DNA of 36,727 nt from a virus (Duplodnaviria; Caudoviricetes). The stretch covers positions 1 to 36,727 of IMG/VR virus record IMGVR_UViG_3300025012_000207; one strand, 5' to 3'. Below the pieces are notes generated by a model. The model was not told where the DNA came from. It ran no database searches and saw only the letters and a program-made list of their open reading frames with translations. The position numbers and the translations under genes are program-made. Below, one piece after another: positions 9,425 to 19,095 of the stretch; position 1 is the stretch's first letter; each line of letters begins with the position of its first letter.

Positions 9425-9444
9425 CCCCCCGGTTCGCCGGGGGG
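9425..9444 (+). terminator. GC-rich UUCG hairpin (terminator or mRNA-stabilising stem-loop)
   Basis: CCCCCCGG-TTCG-CCGGGGGG, perfect 8-bp stem, but no U-tract follows. Confidence 0.65.
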
Positions 9445-9455
9445 TGTGAGGACTT

Positions 9456-9830
9456 ATGAATGAATTTACTCCCGTCAAGTATGTCGGTTTCAGAGATACA
9501 TGCAAGGACGGAAACTACAACTCTGGCGGCGAATGGACGAAAGGTCAGACGCTGATGATCCAGAGCGACAAAGCGGTTCTCCTGCTCAAGCATCCTGACG
9601 TTTTCGTTCTCGGTGAAGTCACTGAAGAGGCCGGGATTGAAACGGAAACGAAGGAAGGCGATCAGGAGGAAGTCTTGCAGTCAGCAAGGGATTTCATCAT
9701 GTCCGTCCCTCGCAAACAGGCTTTATCAGAGTATGCCAAGCGGAATTTCAACTTTGATATCACCGAAGGCAAACTGTACGAGATGAAAGCGCAGGTCATC
9801 AATTTAATTGATAAGTTCGGGATAGAATAA
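9456..9830 (+). CDS. hypothetical virion-associated protein
   Basis: GAGG SD; TAATG overlap with the next gene. Confidence 0.7.
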   Translation: MNEFTPVKYVGFRDTCKDGNYNSGGEWTKGQTLMIQSDKAVLLLKHPDVFVLGEVTEEAGIETETKEGDQEEVLQSARDFIMSVPRKQALSEYAKRNFNFDITEGKLYEMKAQVINLIDKFGIE

Positions 9831-10498
9831 TGAACATCGTTGACCTGATTTCTCAATACAGAACTGAGGCGAATGATTCAGCAATCCCTCCATTCCTGGC
9901 TGACTCAGTAGTGGTCGGGTATTACAACGAGGCGGTTGATGAGGCGTGTAGGCGCAGGGGCTTAATATTTGACAATACCACCGCCGCCGTTTGCGATATA
10001 GCCGTAACTTCAGCATCCGCTGTCTATGCTCTGCATACCGCAATCACAACGGTAAACGCTGCGTATCTTGTGGATACTGGTGGCAATATAACGTATCTCT
10101 CAATTCAGGAGCGTGATTCGCTCGACACCTACAGACCGACATGGCGAGAAGAAGACGGAGCACCCGATACGCTCATTGTTGATGAATTAAGTGTGCAGAT
10201 AGTCCCCCCCCCCGTCGAATCATACACCTTAAAACTTGAGGTTCACAGGGTTCCTTTGGTGACAATGGGGACTACTGGCACTCCAACACCTACCCCTGAA
10301 ATTGCATTATCCCATCACCGATACCTGTATCACTGGGTTCTGTATAGAGCCTACGGAAAGCCTGATTCTGATATGTACGACTCAGGGGAATCTGAAAAGC
10401 ATGAGGCCAGGTTCACTCGGTATTTTGGGAAGAAACCTACCGCAGATAGGAAGCGTTCAACACGCGCAAACAGACCACACAGGAACAAGGTATGGTAG
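9830..10498 (+). CDS. putative head-tail adaptor protein
   Basis: YYNEAVDEACRR N-terminal helix, HHRYLYHWVLYRAY...D motif, position after the head genes. Confidence 0.65.
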   Translation: MNIVDLISQYRTEANDSAIPPFLADSVVVGYYNEAVDEACRRRGLIFDNTTAAVCDIAVTSASAVYALHTAITTVNAAYLVDTGGNITYLSIQERDSLDTYRPTWREEDGAPDTLIVDELSVQIVPPPVESYTLKLEVHRVPLVTMGTTGTPTPTPEIALSHHRYLYHWVLYRAYGKPDSDMYDSGESEKHEARFTRYFGKKPTADRKRSTRANRPHRNKVW

Positions 10499-11727
10499 AG
10501 GAAGACAAAACAGTCAGGCTCGGACCATTCCCAAGGGGGATGAATAACAAGACCTCTGACCATGACCTCCCTGAAGGAACTGTGCGGAACGCGGTCAATG
10601 TTGACTTCACCAACAGTGGCAAGGCACGGCGAAGGAAGGGGTCTGCAACAAAGGTCTATTCCGGTTTTCCGAAAGGCGGCTATTCGTGCGCTGAAGGGGT
10701 TTTCTTTGTCGAAAACGGAAGCCTGAAACAGTTCAACTCCGATAATACGGCGACCACTCTTTGTTCAGGGATCCTCGGCACAACCTACGCGTGGGACTGT
10801 TTCAACGGTGCGGTCTACTTCTCGGATGGGATTGTCTGCAAGAAGATCGTTAGCGGCGTTGCGAACAACTGGGGCATGGCCCGCCCATCCCCTCCGGTTC
10901 TGTCCACCACATCGGGAAGTTACGGTGCAGGGGTGTATCTTGCGGCGTGTTCTTTTGTCGATGCGAACGGGGTAGAATCCGGGGCATCTCAGATTGTCTC
11001 GGTATCTGCTGGCGCGAATTGCGGGATTATCTTCTCCAACATTCCCCCCGTCACCGATCCGCAAGCGGTTTACGTCAGGCTGTACTTGAGTATGCCGGAT
11101 GGCGAGGTTTTGTATCACGTTGCCGATGTACTACCTAACACACAGTCGTATCAGGTTATTGCAGGTCGTTATGATGATTCAAGTATTTTGGACTTAGCCT
11201 TTGTCTCTCCTGCACCGGCAGGGCGCATAATCAGGTTTGCCAATGGTCGGGCAATAGTCGCTGATGCGGATAGGGTTTGGTACTCGGACCCGTACCAGTA
11301 CGATCATTTCAGGTTGGGAGATAACTTTATCCAGTTCACCGATACCGTTGACCTCATGGAGCCTGTAACGGGTGGGTGTTTCTTCGCCTACGGGAACAAG
11401 ACTGAGTTCTGGGCGGGAGACATCTTTGACGCTCCACAGGCTGTTCAGTCGGTTAATTACGGGGCAGTCTACGGCACAGGCAAGAAAATCCCCAACTCGC
11501 AAAACGTATGCTGGCAATCTCAACGCGGGATGGTGGTCGGTACACCTGACGGACAAATGAAGAATGTGGTCGAGGATAACGTAGCCGTCGATACTGCGGT
11601 ATACGGTGCGTCACTTATCCGCGAACAGGACGGATTACGGCAGTTCATCGCAACACTCAAAACGCCGACTATCTCCACGATGGCGGCAACAAGTTGGATT
11701 ACAGCAGAACAAATCAGGAGATCATAA
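10492..11727 (+). CDS. putative tail nozzle/tubular structural protein
   Basis: GMNN...VRNAVNVD...RRRKG N-terminus and VWYSDPYQYD beta-propeller-like motif; follows the adaptor. Confidence 0.55.
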   Translation: MVEEDKTVRLGPFPRGMNNKTSDHDLPEGTVRNAVNVDFTNSGKARRRKGSATKVYSGFPKGGYSCAEGVFFVENGSLKQFNSDNTATTLCSGILGTTYAWDCFNGAVYFSDGIVCKKIVSGVANNWGMARPSPPVLSTTSGSYGAGVYLAACSFVDANGVESGASQIVSVSAGANCGIIFSNIPPVTDPQAVYVRLYLSMPDGEVLYHVADVLPNTQSYQVIAGRYDDSSILDLAFVSPAPAGRIIRFANGRAIVADADRVWYSDPYQYDHFRLGDNFIQFTDTVDLMEPVTGGCFFAYGNKTEFWAGDIFDAPQAVQSVNYGAVYGTGKKIPNSQNVCWQSQRGMVVGTPDGQMKNVVEDNVAVDTAVYGASLIREQDGLRQFIATLKTPTISTMAATSWITAEQIRRS

Positions 11728-12224
11728 TGGAGATACAGAAGGTTGGGTTTGTCTACACCGTCGAACGCCTTGGGCCGGACGGGGAGGTTTTGTCGGTGCA
11801 GCGGATTCACAACATCATGCCGACTGTAGCCCTGAATTACATGCTTGCCTCCGCACTAACAGGCGGTGCGCAGTATTCGGCTTGGTATCTAGGGTTGTTT
11901 GGGAATAACTATCAGCCTATTGCAACCGATACCATGACCACCTTGATTGCCTCTTGCGGGGAAGTCAAATCCTATACAGGTACGGCACGGCAGACCATCA
12001 CATTCCCGGCAGTTGCCAATGCGACCCTGACTACGCTTGTCGATCCCAACGTCTTTGAGTTTGCGGCAGGGGTAACTGTCAGGGGGGCTTTTATTTCTTC
12101 TGCTCCGACATGGGATGGGACGACTGGGGTTCTCTGCTCAGGGGTTCTCTTTCCGTCTCCTGAAACTATAAATTCCAACGGCGGGGCCTTACGTGTCCCG
12201 GTTGGCTTTACACTGGTAGGGTGA
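11727..12224 (+). CDS. tail/fibre-associated beta-sandwich protein
   Basis: AGGAG SD, TAATG overlap; WYLGLF...YTGTARQTITF motif, resembles the next ORF. Confidence 0.65.
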   Translation: MEIQKVGFVYTVERLGPDGEVLSVQRIHNIMPTVALNYMLASALTGGAQYSAWYLGLFGNNYQPIATDTMTTLIASCGEVKSYTGTARQTITFPAVANATLTTLVDPNVFEFAAGVTVRGAFISSAPTWDGTTGVLCSGVLFPSPETINSNGGALRVPVGFTLVG

Positions 12225-12228
12225 TAAT

Positions 12229-12627
12229 ATGAGTTTTTCAAACGCAGGCGAGGACTTACTCGTCACATGGATGTTTACTACTACGGCAGTAACCAGACCG
12301 ACCGCATGGTATGTGGCGCTTCACACCGATGATCCAGGCGAGACAGGAGCCAATGAGGTAGTTGTCGGCACTGACGCAGATTATGTGCGGAAGGCGATCA
12401 CCTTTGACGACCCAGTTACAGGCACAGGGATGTGCCTGTCCGACCTGGCGGCTTCCTGGACGGTTGCCGCTGGATCGGCAGGGTACACAGTAACGCATAT
12501 CTCGATATGGACAGCGGAGTCTGCCGGGACTTGCCTGACAAGTGGCCCGCTTCTCCCAAACAGGGCGCTTGTCGCTTCGCAGGTCCACTCCCTTAACATT
12601 GGCGAGGTAATCGCCGCAATTAATTGA
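12229..12627 (+). CDS. tail/fibre-associated beta-sandwich protein
   Basis: AWYVALHTDDPGETGANEV...YVRKAITF...VTHISIW motif common in phage tail modules. Confidence 0.7.
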   Translation: MSFSNAGEDLLVTWMFTTTAVTRPTAWYVALHTDDPGETGANEVVVGTDADYVRKAITFDDPVTGTGMCLSDLAASWTVAAGSAGYTVTHISIWTAESAGTCLTSGPLLPNRALVASQVHSLNIGEVIAAIN

Positions 12628-12634
12628 GGTCACA

Positions 12635-13099
12635 ATGAAATTATCTCCGGCAGCACAGGATCACTTTAATATAACTGGTGACACTGAGGCATTGATCAAT
12701 GGCAAGGTTATCAAAATCTACGGCTCAATTGTTTCACTTACTGAGGCGCTGACCTTCGTCCCAGCGACAGCGGGAGCTTCTATCGGGTCGGCAACACTGC
12801 TCTGCACCGTGTCTCTCAACGGTGCCGGGACAGGAGTCAACCTCGCCACAACCTCAGCCAGTGGAGTTATCTCCAAGGCATCTGCTGAGGTATGGCATGG
12901 CGACTATGTGGCTACTGGATATCCTTCATTTGCCAGAATTGTAGAGACTACTGACGCTGGCGGAGTTGCCACCACGGAGAAACGCCTTCAGTTGACTGTC
13001 GGGACTGTCGGCAAGGAGATGATTATCTCCACCGCACTCAAGACTCTCGGCGATACTCAGCGAATTGATGCAGCTTTCTTCGGCATCCCTGCGGAGTAA
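12635..13099 (+). CDS. tail/fibre-associated protein
   Basis: GAGGT SD; TGYPSFARI...LTVGT; resembles 29700..30074. Confidence 0.65.
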   Translation: MKLSPAAQDHFNITGDTEALINGKVIKIYGSIVSLTEALTFVPATAGASIGSATLLCTVSLNGAGTGVNLATTSASGVISKASAEVWHGDYVATGYPSFARIVETTDAGGVATTEKRLQLTVGTVGKEMIISTALKTLGDTQRIDAAFFGIPAE

Positions 13100-13102
13100 A
13101 AG

Positions 13103-14038
13103 ATGATCACCTCTCTATCTAGTTCCAATTTTGCAGCAAGTTGGGATTCTATAGCATGGAACGGAGATATTTTCTGCCTTACCAATATAGATTCATATAA
13201 TATTTTTTCAACATCAGCAGACGGATCTTCTTGGGCAGGTGTAGGCATTCCTGTATTCACCAGTTTCTCATCTATTGCCTGGAATGGATCTGTCTTTTGT
13301 GCAGTTAATAAAGCAACAATGGTCCTGACATCTTCGGATGGAGAAACATGGACTCAAAGTGCTTTTCCTGTAGACATAAACTGCTCTGTTATCATCTCAG
13401 CAGATGGAGTATTTTACGCAATAGGTGGCGATACTGTTGCAGTATCTACGATGCTTCGATCGGTAGATGGAGTTACATGGACCCAGCACAGTCTTCCTGC
13501 GGCAATGTCTCTATATGGTGTCGCCTGGAATGGGAGCATATTTTGTGCGGTTGGGGCTAATAGGATAGCTACTTCTTCTAATGGAACAACATGGAGTTAC
13601 ACCACCGCTCCTTCTGGGTTGACGTACAAAAAGATAGTTTGGAATGGTACAATCTTTTGCGCTCTTTCTCATTATCTAAAATCTGGTTATCAGCATAAAT
13701 GTATAATTTCTTCTGATGGTGTTTCGTGGACAGAGGTTACTCTTCCAACTCCCTCGTCTGGTTCATGGGCTTCTATTGCTTGGAATGGGTCAGTTTTTTG
13801 CATCGTTGCCTACAATTCTTCCGCGTCTGCCACATCTCCAGACGGAATAAATTGGACACTTACTACGATGCCAATATCTACTGTATGGTCTGAAATATTT
13901 TGGAATGGGGAAATATTCTTGGCTATTTCTAAAAGTGTTTATACTGCCACATCTCCCGACGGAACGTGGCAAGATTATGACCTCGCGCCGCCTGTCTTTT
14001 GGACAAACTTTTCTGGACAGACAGAGATTGCTGAATGA
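13103..14038 (+). CDS. 7-bladed beta-propeller (WNG/Asp-box repeats), putative receptor-binding protein
   Basis: Seven ~40-45-aa repeats (S-I-A-W-N-G-x-x-F-C ... S-x-D-G-x-x-W); visibly AT-richer than its neighbours. Confidence 0.75.
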   Translation: MITSLSSSNFAASWDSIAWNGDIFCLTNIDSYNIFSTSADGSSWAGVGIPVFTSFSSIAWNGSVFCAVNKATMVLTSSDGETWTQSAFPVDINCSVIISADGVFYAIGGDTVAVSTMLRSVDGVTWTQHSLPAAMSLYGVAWNGSIFCAVGANRIATSSNGTTWSYTTAPSGLTYKKIVWNGTIFCALSHYLKSGYQHKCIISSDGVSWTEVTLPTPSSGSWASIAWNGSVFCIVAYNSSASATSPDGINWTLTTMPISTVWSEIFWNGEIFLAISKSVYTATSPDGTWQDYDLAPPVFWTNFSGQTEIAE

Positions 14039-15849
14039 TTACTTTCGATGGCGACCGCAGCCTGAAGCGCAGATGGTTCGCCAAGAAGAAGCTCGCGCAG
14101 ATCAAGGAGATGGATATCCCATCCGCTTGTCCGATCTGGGATGGATTCAGGTTCAAGGTCTGGCAACTCGGAGACATCGACGGCGGCAGGGTCACGTCCC
14201 CGATGGGTGCAGTTGTGGCCTGCTCGACGCAGGACGGAATTAAGATTGCCGTTGCCGACTACTGGGCGGGAGGATTCAATCCGGCGCAGGATCTGCATGT
14301 AATGTTCAAGGATTTGGGAGTCGCTGGGGAGTTCACGACATTCTTTAATGGACAGATATCAATTGATACAGGCTATTATCCTGTAAAATTCCTGCCTGCC
14401 GTGAATCAGTCGTATTTCGGGCTGATCAACGGAGACACGGTGGGGCCTGGGACAGTTCTTGTCGCTGATTACTCCTGCTCTCCAGTTCTGCTTCCGTTTC
14501 GCGGAGAAACCTTCAACGTCATTGTCTCCGACTCGATGAAGTATGACATCGCTGGGGACGGCACATTCGACTGGTGGCGGCAGGTCTTTGAAAAGACCGC
14601 TTCCTTCTACATCGCCAATGGCAGCCAGGCAAGTCGGATTGATTGCGCAGCCAAGCATATTGAATACGCGGATGCTTACACACCCTGGCGGATTTACCAG
14701 AAGACCGGGGGCGACAGATACACTTCCTTTCACAGTGCCTGGATTTACGACTTTGTGGGCGATCCCCCAAGGAAAGCAGTTGGCTACGGCATCGACGTTA
14801 CCTTTGGAACGCAGGACACCATTTATTTCAGCGAAATTCTGAATGATTCTATGCCGGAAGATTTACGGCTCATCCTCAGCAATTCAGTGAATGATGGGTC
14901 TTGCGAACCGCTTGGGTCGTATGCCTTTGATAATGTTTTCTTCCATGCGGTGAACGCTTCCTGTCATGTTTTCTCTTCAGGTCCGGAAACGTGCGAGGCC
15001 TCAGAGCATTACGATGATCACCCGGAAGATGAGAACTGGCGGTTATTCTACTCGCTGACCATTGGTGGCAATGTCCATCTGGTAAATTCAAATCAGTTTC
15101 TCGCAACGCTCGATAGCCTGACGACACTCGATCTCACTGCAAGTTGGTTCGATGTGAAGCGAATGTTTGAGCAGGTCGCAGGGGCATATCCGAATGTGAA
15201 TTTCACTGTGCCCTACGACTCAGTAATGTTTCACGACCATACAGGGATTATCTACACATGGACGCGGGCCTATGGGGCAGTCAAATTCACCACAACAGGA
15301 ATGTTCCTCGCTACGGTCCTTGTCCCGGCCCAAGTCACAGAAGAAGAGGGGGTACGGCCTGATATTACCTATGCAGACCTTTTCGGTGAGACTCATCTCT
15401 ACCTGTGTGTCAGCAACAAGGTCAAGGTCGGGGTCAGGTCGGTGCATTATGGCTCTCCCTTCACTGGCTGGACTGCATTGCCAGGTTGCCCGGAAGGAGT
15501 AGAGCTTATCAGCGCTCGCCCCTGCATGGTTACACCTGAGAGGATATTCTTGATCGGAGTCGTCAAGTACATGGTCGAGGAAATCGTTGAAGGCGTGCCG
15601 GTGGGGGTTGAGAAGTATTCCTTCGCTTCGCTGAACTGGACTGCTGCAACTGAGACAGAGGATGAGAGTACAGATCCGTGGCAAGTAATGGGTGAACTGC
15701 CATTTGCGGTCGGTGATGCAGATAACTTCTCGCTTGGACTTTACGGAGATGACCCACGGGCAGACGCTCTCACCGCATACCAGTGTCCTCCAATCCTGCC
15801 ACAAGCCCCGGTCGGTCCATACGATAAATACGCAATAGGGATGCCATGA
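14035..15849 (+). CDS. hypothetical tail structural protein
   Basis: 604 aa, ATGA overlaps at both ends, aromatic/beta-rich. Confidence 0.65.
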   Translation: MITFDGDRSLKRRWFAKKKLAQIKEMDIPSACPIWDGFRFKVWQLGDIDGGRVTSPMGAVVACSTQDGIKIAVADYWAGGFNPAQDLHVMFKDLGVAGEFTTFFNGQISIDTGYYPVKFLPAVNQSYFGLINGDTVGPGTVLVADYSCSPVLLPFRGETFNVIVSDSMKYDIAGDGTFDWWRQVFEKTASFYIANGSQASRIDCAAKHIEYADAYTPWRIYQKTGGDRYTSFHSAWIYDFVGDPPRKAVGYGIDVTFGTQDTIYFSEILNDSMPEDLRLILSNSVNDGSCEPLGSYAFDNVFFHAVNASCHVFSSGPETCEASEHYDDHPEDENWRLFYSLTIGGNVHLVNSNQFLATLDSLTTLDLTASWFDVKRMFEQVAGAYPNVNFTVPYDSVMFHDHTGIIYTWTRAYGAVKFTTTGMFLATVLVPAQVTEEEGVRPDITYADLFGETHLYLCVSNKVKVGVRSVHYGSPFTGWTALPGCPEGVELISARPCMVTPERIFLIGVVKYMVEEIVEGVPVGVEKYSFASLNWTAATETEDESTDPWQVMGELPFAVGDADNFSLGLYGDDPRADALTAYQCPPILPQAPVGPYDKYAIGMP

Positions 15850-16262
15850 GCATACTTTCAAAAGATTGGCGATATATAGTTGTCCAGGCTGGCACAGGCA
15901 GCACTATATCTTCCGAAGGGTCGGTATCAGTAGTCGAGTACCCGGTTGGAGAATATGTTGGTGATGCCCTGCCCGTCATTCAAACATATCCGACTGAATC
16001 GACCACCACCCTTGCCATTGACATCAGAGTTGCAACAGCATCAGAAGTCGCGTTTCTGAAAGATACATTGTTTGGCTGGGCAGCGGAGCCAATGAAGACT
16101 ACCTTATTTATCCAGAAACTTTATCAAGACTGGGGCAAGCCGCTCTATGTTTGGACTGGTGGTAATTACATTGCCTCATGGTACGGGGTAAGTGGACTTG
16201 GTTTCTACGTCTTCGTTGGCTATGACTCGACCAATTACCCGACTCAGGAGGTGCTGATATGA
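15846..16262 (+). CDS. hypothetical protein (tail module)
   Basis: ATGA overlaps; GGAGG SD for the next gene lies within its 3' end. Confidence 0.65.
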   Translation: MSILSKDWRYIVVQAGTGSTISSEGSVSVVEYPVGEYVGDALPVIQTYPTESTTTLAIDIRVATASEVAFLKDTLFGWAAEPMKTTLFIQKLYQDWGKPLYVWTGGNYIASWYGVSGLGFYVFVGYDSTNYPTQEVLI

Positions 16263-18115
16263 GCCTGACCTATACTGGCGGGGACTCCCTAACCGACATT
16301 GTTCTTGGTGGTGGGTACAGCGGTGGTTCAGCAGACTTCTCCAATCCCTATATAATATCTTCTGACGGAGCCCCTGTCTATGTCCCTATAGGTGTGGTTG
16401 GGACATCTCCGACTACCACAACAACAGCAACAGTCGTTACCACAACTCCTTCGCAGGATACTACTGCTGTCCCATCAACAGTTGTTATATCTAATCTGGA
16501 AACCGCCGTGCTTCTATCAAGTGGTTGGGATACTACCGCAAGGAGCATATCACCTTTCAATTCATATCTGAGATTTACCGTAGGGGATATCTCCGGTGCC
16601 TGCATGATGATCGGCCCTGCCAGGATGGATGGGCTGGCAATTACTCAATTCTCGCATGGCATGGCGATAGACATAACAGGAGTGCATGTCTACGAAAATG
16701 GGGTGTTCAAGGCAAGCCTGCGAAGTGTGCCGAGTTTTGACTCAGAGTTCAGGATTTACCGGCAGGAGAATAACACAATTGTCTATGCGGTGGTCACTGG
16801 CACCGAGACTGTTGTTTATCACAGCACAACGCCTTCACCTGTCCCTGAGTTCATCGACCTTTACGCCTACGGATACCTTTATTCCAGCGGTGATAAAGTA
16901 ACCGCCGCCTCATTTGAGGATGGGGAAGTTCTTTCCACCGGCACGGCAACGATGAGCGGCACAGGACTTTTACAAGGCGGAACATGCAAGGCATTTCTTG
17001 AAGGAATCGGGTCACTCACATACCAGAAGACAACGGCAACCTGTTCGGGTGTTGGCACACTGTACGCCAGGAGTTCGTCAGATTATATCAGGGCAAACTT
17101 TCCGGCGTTCGGATGCCAGATGTTTGAGACTGTTGATGGGTACGGAGCGATTAATATGACCTTTCCGGCACTCACTGCGTACTTTGAGGAATTTGCCTTT
17201 GCCCCGGCAACGCCTGAATTTATCTTCGCAATGTTCCCGGCACTCGTTTGTTCGATGACCACGACGACAATCGGCAGAGGGGAAATTAACGCCGACTTTC
17301 CAGCACTCGTCGCAAGGATTTTTGAGGAAGCGGAGTATGGAGAGCTAAGCGCGACCTTCCCAGTAAGATGGGGCATGATGTTTGAAGGCCCGCCAACCGG
17401 GACGAAGTATCTAATAGAACGTGTGTATGCTCTTGACGCTTCCAAGACTATAGTTGAGCATATCGTTTTTATCAACAACGTAGGCACGATAGTTGACACC
17501 ATCTCGGCAACGAGAATTGCCATTGCCTCGATCCTTGAGCAGATAACCGCCTCCGACTCTTACACGGTGATTGGCACCTTCACCGCGCCTTTGTCTGAAA
17601 CTGTCTCCACGATAGACACGATGGTTGCCGGTCTTGGAACCTCTGCCATCCTTGACCAGACTTCCCGCGTATGGGTCGTCAATATGGACACCGGGGCATC
17701 AAGCCAGTACGACGACTACGGCTTTAACTCATACTTTGAGCGGGATGGGCAATACTACGGGGTCGCTGACGATGGGATTTACCGGCTGGATGGTGATGAC
17801 GACGCAGGCGAAGATATTGACGCACTGGTTGATTTTGGCCGTTCAAGTTATGGAATCCAGCAGAAGAAACGGGTTATCAATGTCTATGTCGGGGTCAGTT
17901 CAGACAGCAAGGTATATCTCAAGGTTGACGCTGACGGGCAAGCCTACACTTACGAGGCACGGAGTTCCAGCACAGACATAAAGAATCACCGCATTGACAT
18001 TGGCAAGGGGCTTACCGGGAACTATTTCAATTTCACTTTACTCAATCAGAATGGGTCTGATATTGATCTTGATTCGATATCATTTGAGCCTGTCGCACTG
18101 TCGAGGAAAATATAA
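16259..18115 (+). CDS. tail structural protein with Thr-rich linker and five FP[A/V] repeats
   Basis: 618 aa; C-terminal VWVVNMDTGASSQYDDYGFNS...GIYRLDGDDDAG...RIDIGKGL domain. Confidence 0.65.
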   Translation: MSLTYTGGDSLTDIVLGGGYSGGSADFSNPYIISSDGAPVYVPIGVVGTSPTTTTTATVVTTTPSQDTTAVPSTVVISNLETAVLLSSGWDTTARSISPFNSYLRFTVGDISGACMMIGPARMDGLAITQFSHGMAIDITGVHVYENGVFKASLRSVPSFDSEFRIYRQENNTIVYAVVTGTETVVYHSTTPSPVPEFIDLYAYGYLYSSGDKVTAASFEDGEVLSTGTATMSGTGLLQGGTCKAFLEGIGSLTYQKTTATCSGVGTLYARSSSDYIRANFPAFGCQMFETVDGYGAINMTFPALTAYFEEFAFAPATPEFIFAMFPALVCSMTTTTIGRGEINADFPALVARIFEEAEYGELSATFPVRWGMMFEGPPTGTKYLIERVYALDASKTIVEHIVFINNVGTIVDTISATRIAIASILEQITASDSYTVIGTFTAPLSETVSTIDTMVAGLGTSAILDQTSRVWVVNMDTGASSQYDDYGFNSYFERDGQYYGVADDGIYRLDGDDDAGEDIDALVDFGRSSYGIQQKKRVINVYVGVSSDSKVYLKVDADGQAYTYEARSSSTDIKNHRIDIGKGLTGNYFNFTLLNQNGSDIDLDSISFEPVALSRKI

Positions 18116-19084
18116 ATGTCTGAAGCATCAGAGTTCATCGACCAAGTAATTACCAACGCACTCGCCACAGCGACAGAGCATACAGGAGCGGCGGCTGATG
18201 CGGCAGAAGACCTTATCAGGGTCAACGCAGGGGTTTACCTTACCCCACCAACCTCAGCAACAGGGTTCATCGTTGAGGCGAAAGAACCTGAAATACCGAC
18301 AGCGGCAGACTCAAAGTATGACTACCAGGCAGAACGTGACGCATTGATTGCGCTGTTGTCAAACCAACTCGCCGGGTTCTTCGCCACCTACTACCCATTG
18401 GCGAACGATGCATTTGACGAGGCTACGACTTGGCTGGTAAATACGATCACCAATGGCGGCACCGGCATTAATTCTGCTATTGAGGATGCGGTATGGCAGC
18501 GTGACAGAGAGCGGCACATTGCAGATGGGGCAAGGGTTAAGGCTGAGATTGTCACAGGGTATTCCGCAAAAGGCATCATGCTTCCTGCCGGATCTATGTT
18601 AAGAAAGATGGAGCGGGTTGACTACGAGCAAGCCGGGAAGATCGGCATTGCCTCTACCTCAATGGCAGCTAAACAACTTGAGATCGAAATCGAGACAATC
18701 AAGTTTGCCATTGGCAAAGCCCTTGAGTCTCGCATTGCGGCAATGCAGGCGGCAGTCGATTATATCAGGGCACTGGCGGTAGCACCAGACGCAGCGGCAA
18801 GAATCGCAGCACTGAATACCGATATCAAGGCGAAAATGATGAGTGCAGCGGCTGACTGGTACAGGGCAAGACAGAACCGTGACCAAATGGTCTTGCAGTC
18901 GAAACTTGCGGAACTTGAGGCAGGGATTGACATTTACAAACATCGTCGGACGAATGCGACAGACAACGATAGCGTCAAGGTCCAGGCACTTGCCGCCGCC
19001 GCTGATGTATTCGGCAAGACGGCACAGGCAGCACTCGCCTCACTGAATAGCGTAGTTTCTTCCGCACAAAGCACGTTTGCATAA
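18116..19084 (+). CDS. putative internal virion/ejection protein (Ala-rich, helical)
   Basis: Ala-rich coiled-coil composition; position ahead of the large internal-protein genes. Confidence 0.55.
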   Translation: MSEASEFIDQVITNALATATEHTGAAADAAEDLIRVNAGVYLTPPTSATGFIVEAKEPEIPTAADSKYDYQAERDALIALLSNQLAGFFATYYPLANDAFDEATTWLVNTITNGGTGINSAIEDAVWQRDRERHIADGARVKAEIVTGYSAKGIMLPAGSMLRKMERVDYEQAGKIGIASTSMAAKQLEIEIETIKFAIGKALESRIAAMQAAVDYIRALAVAPDAAARIAALNTDIKAKMMSAAADWYRARQNRDQMVLQSKLAELEAGIDIYKHRRTNATDNDSVKVQALAAAADVFGKTAQAALASLNSVVSSAQSTFA

Positions 19085-19095
19085 GGAGAATTGAT

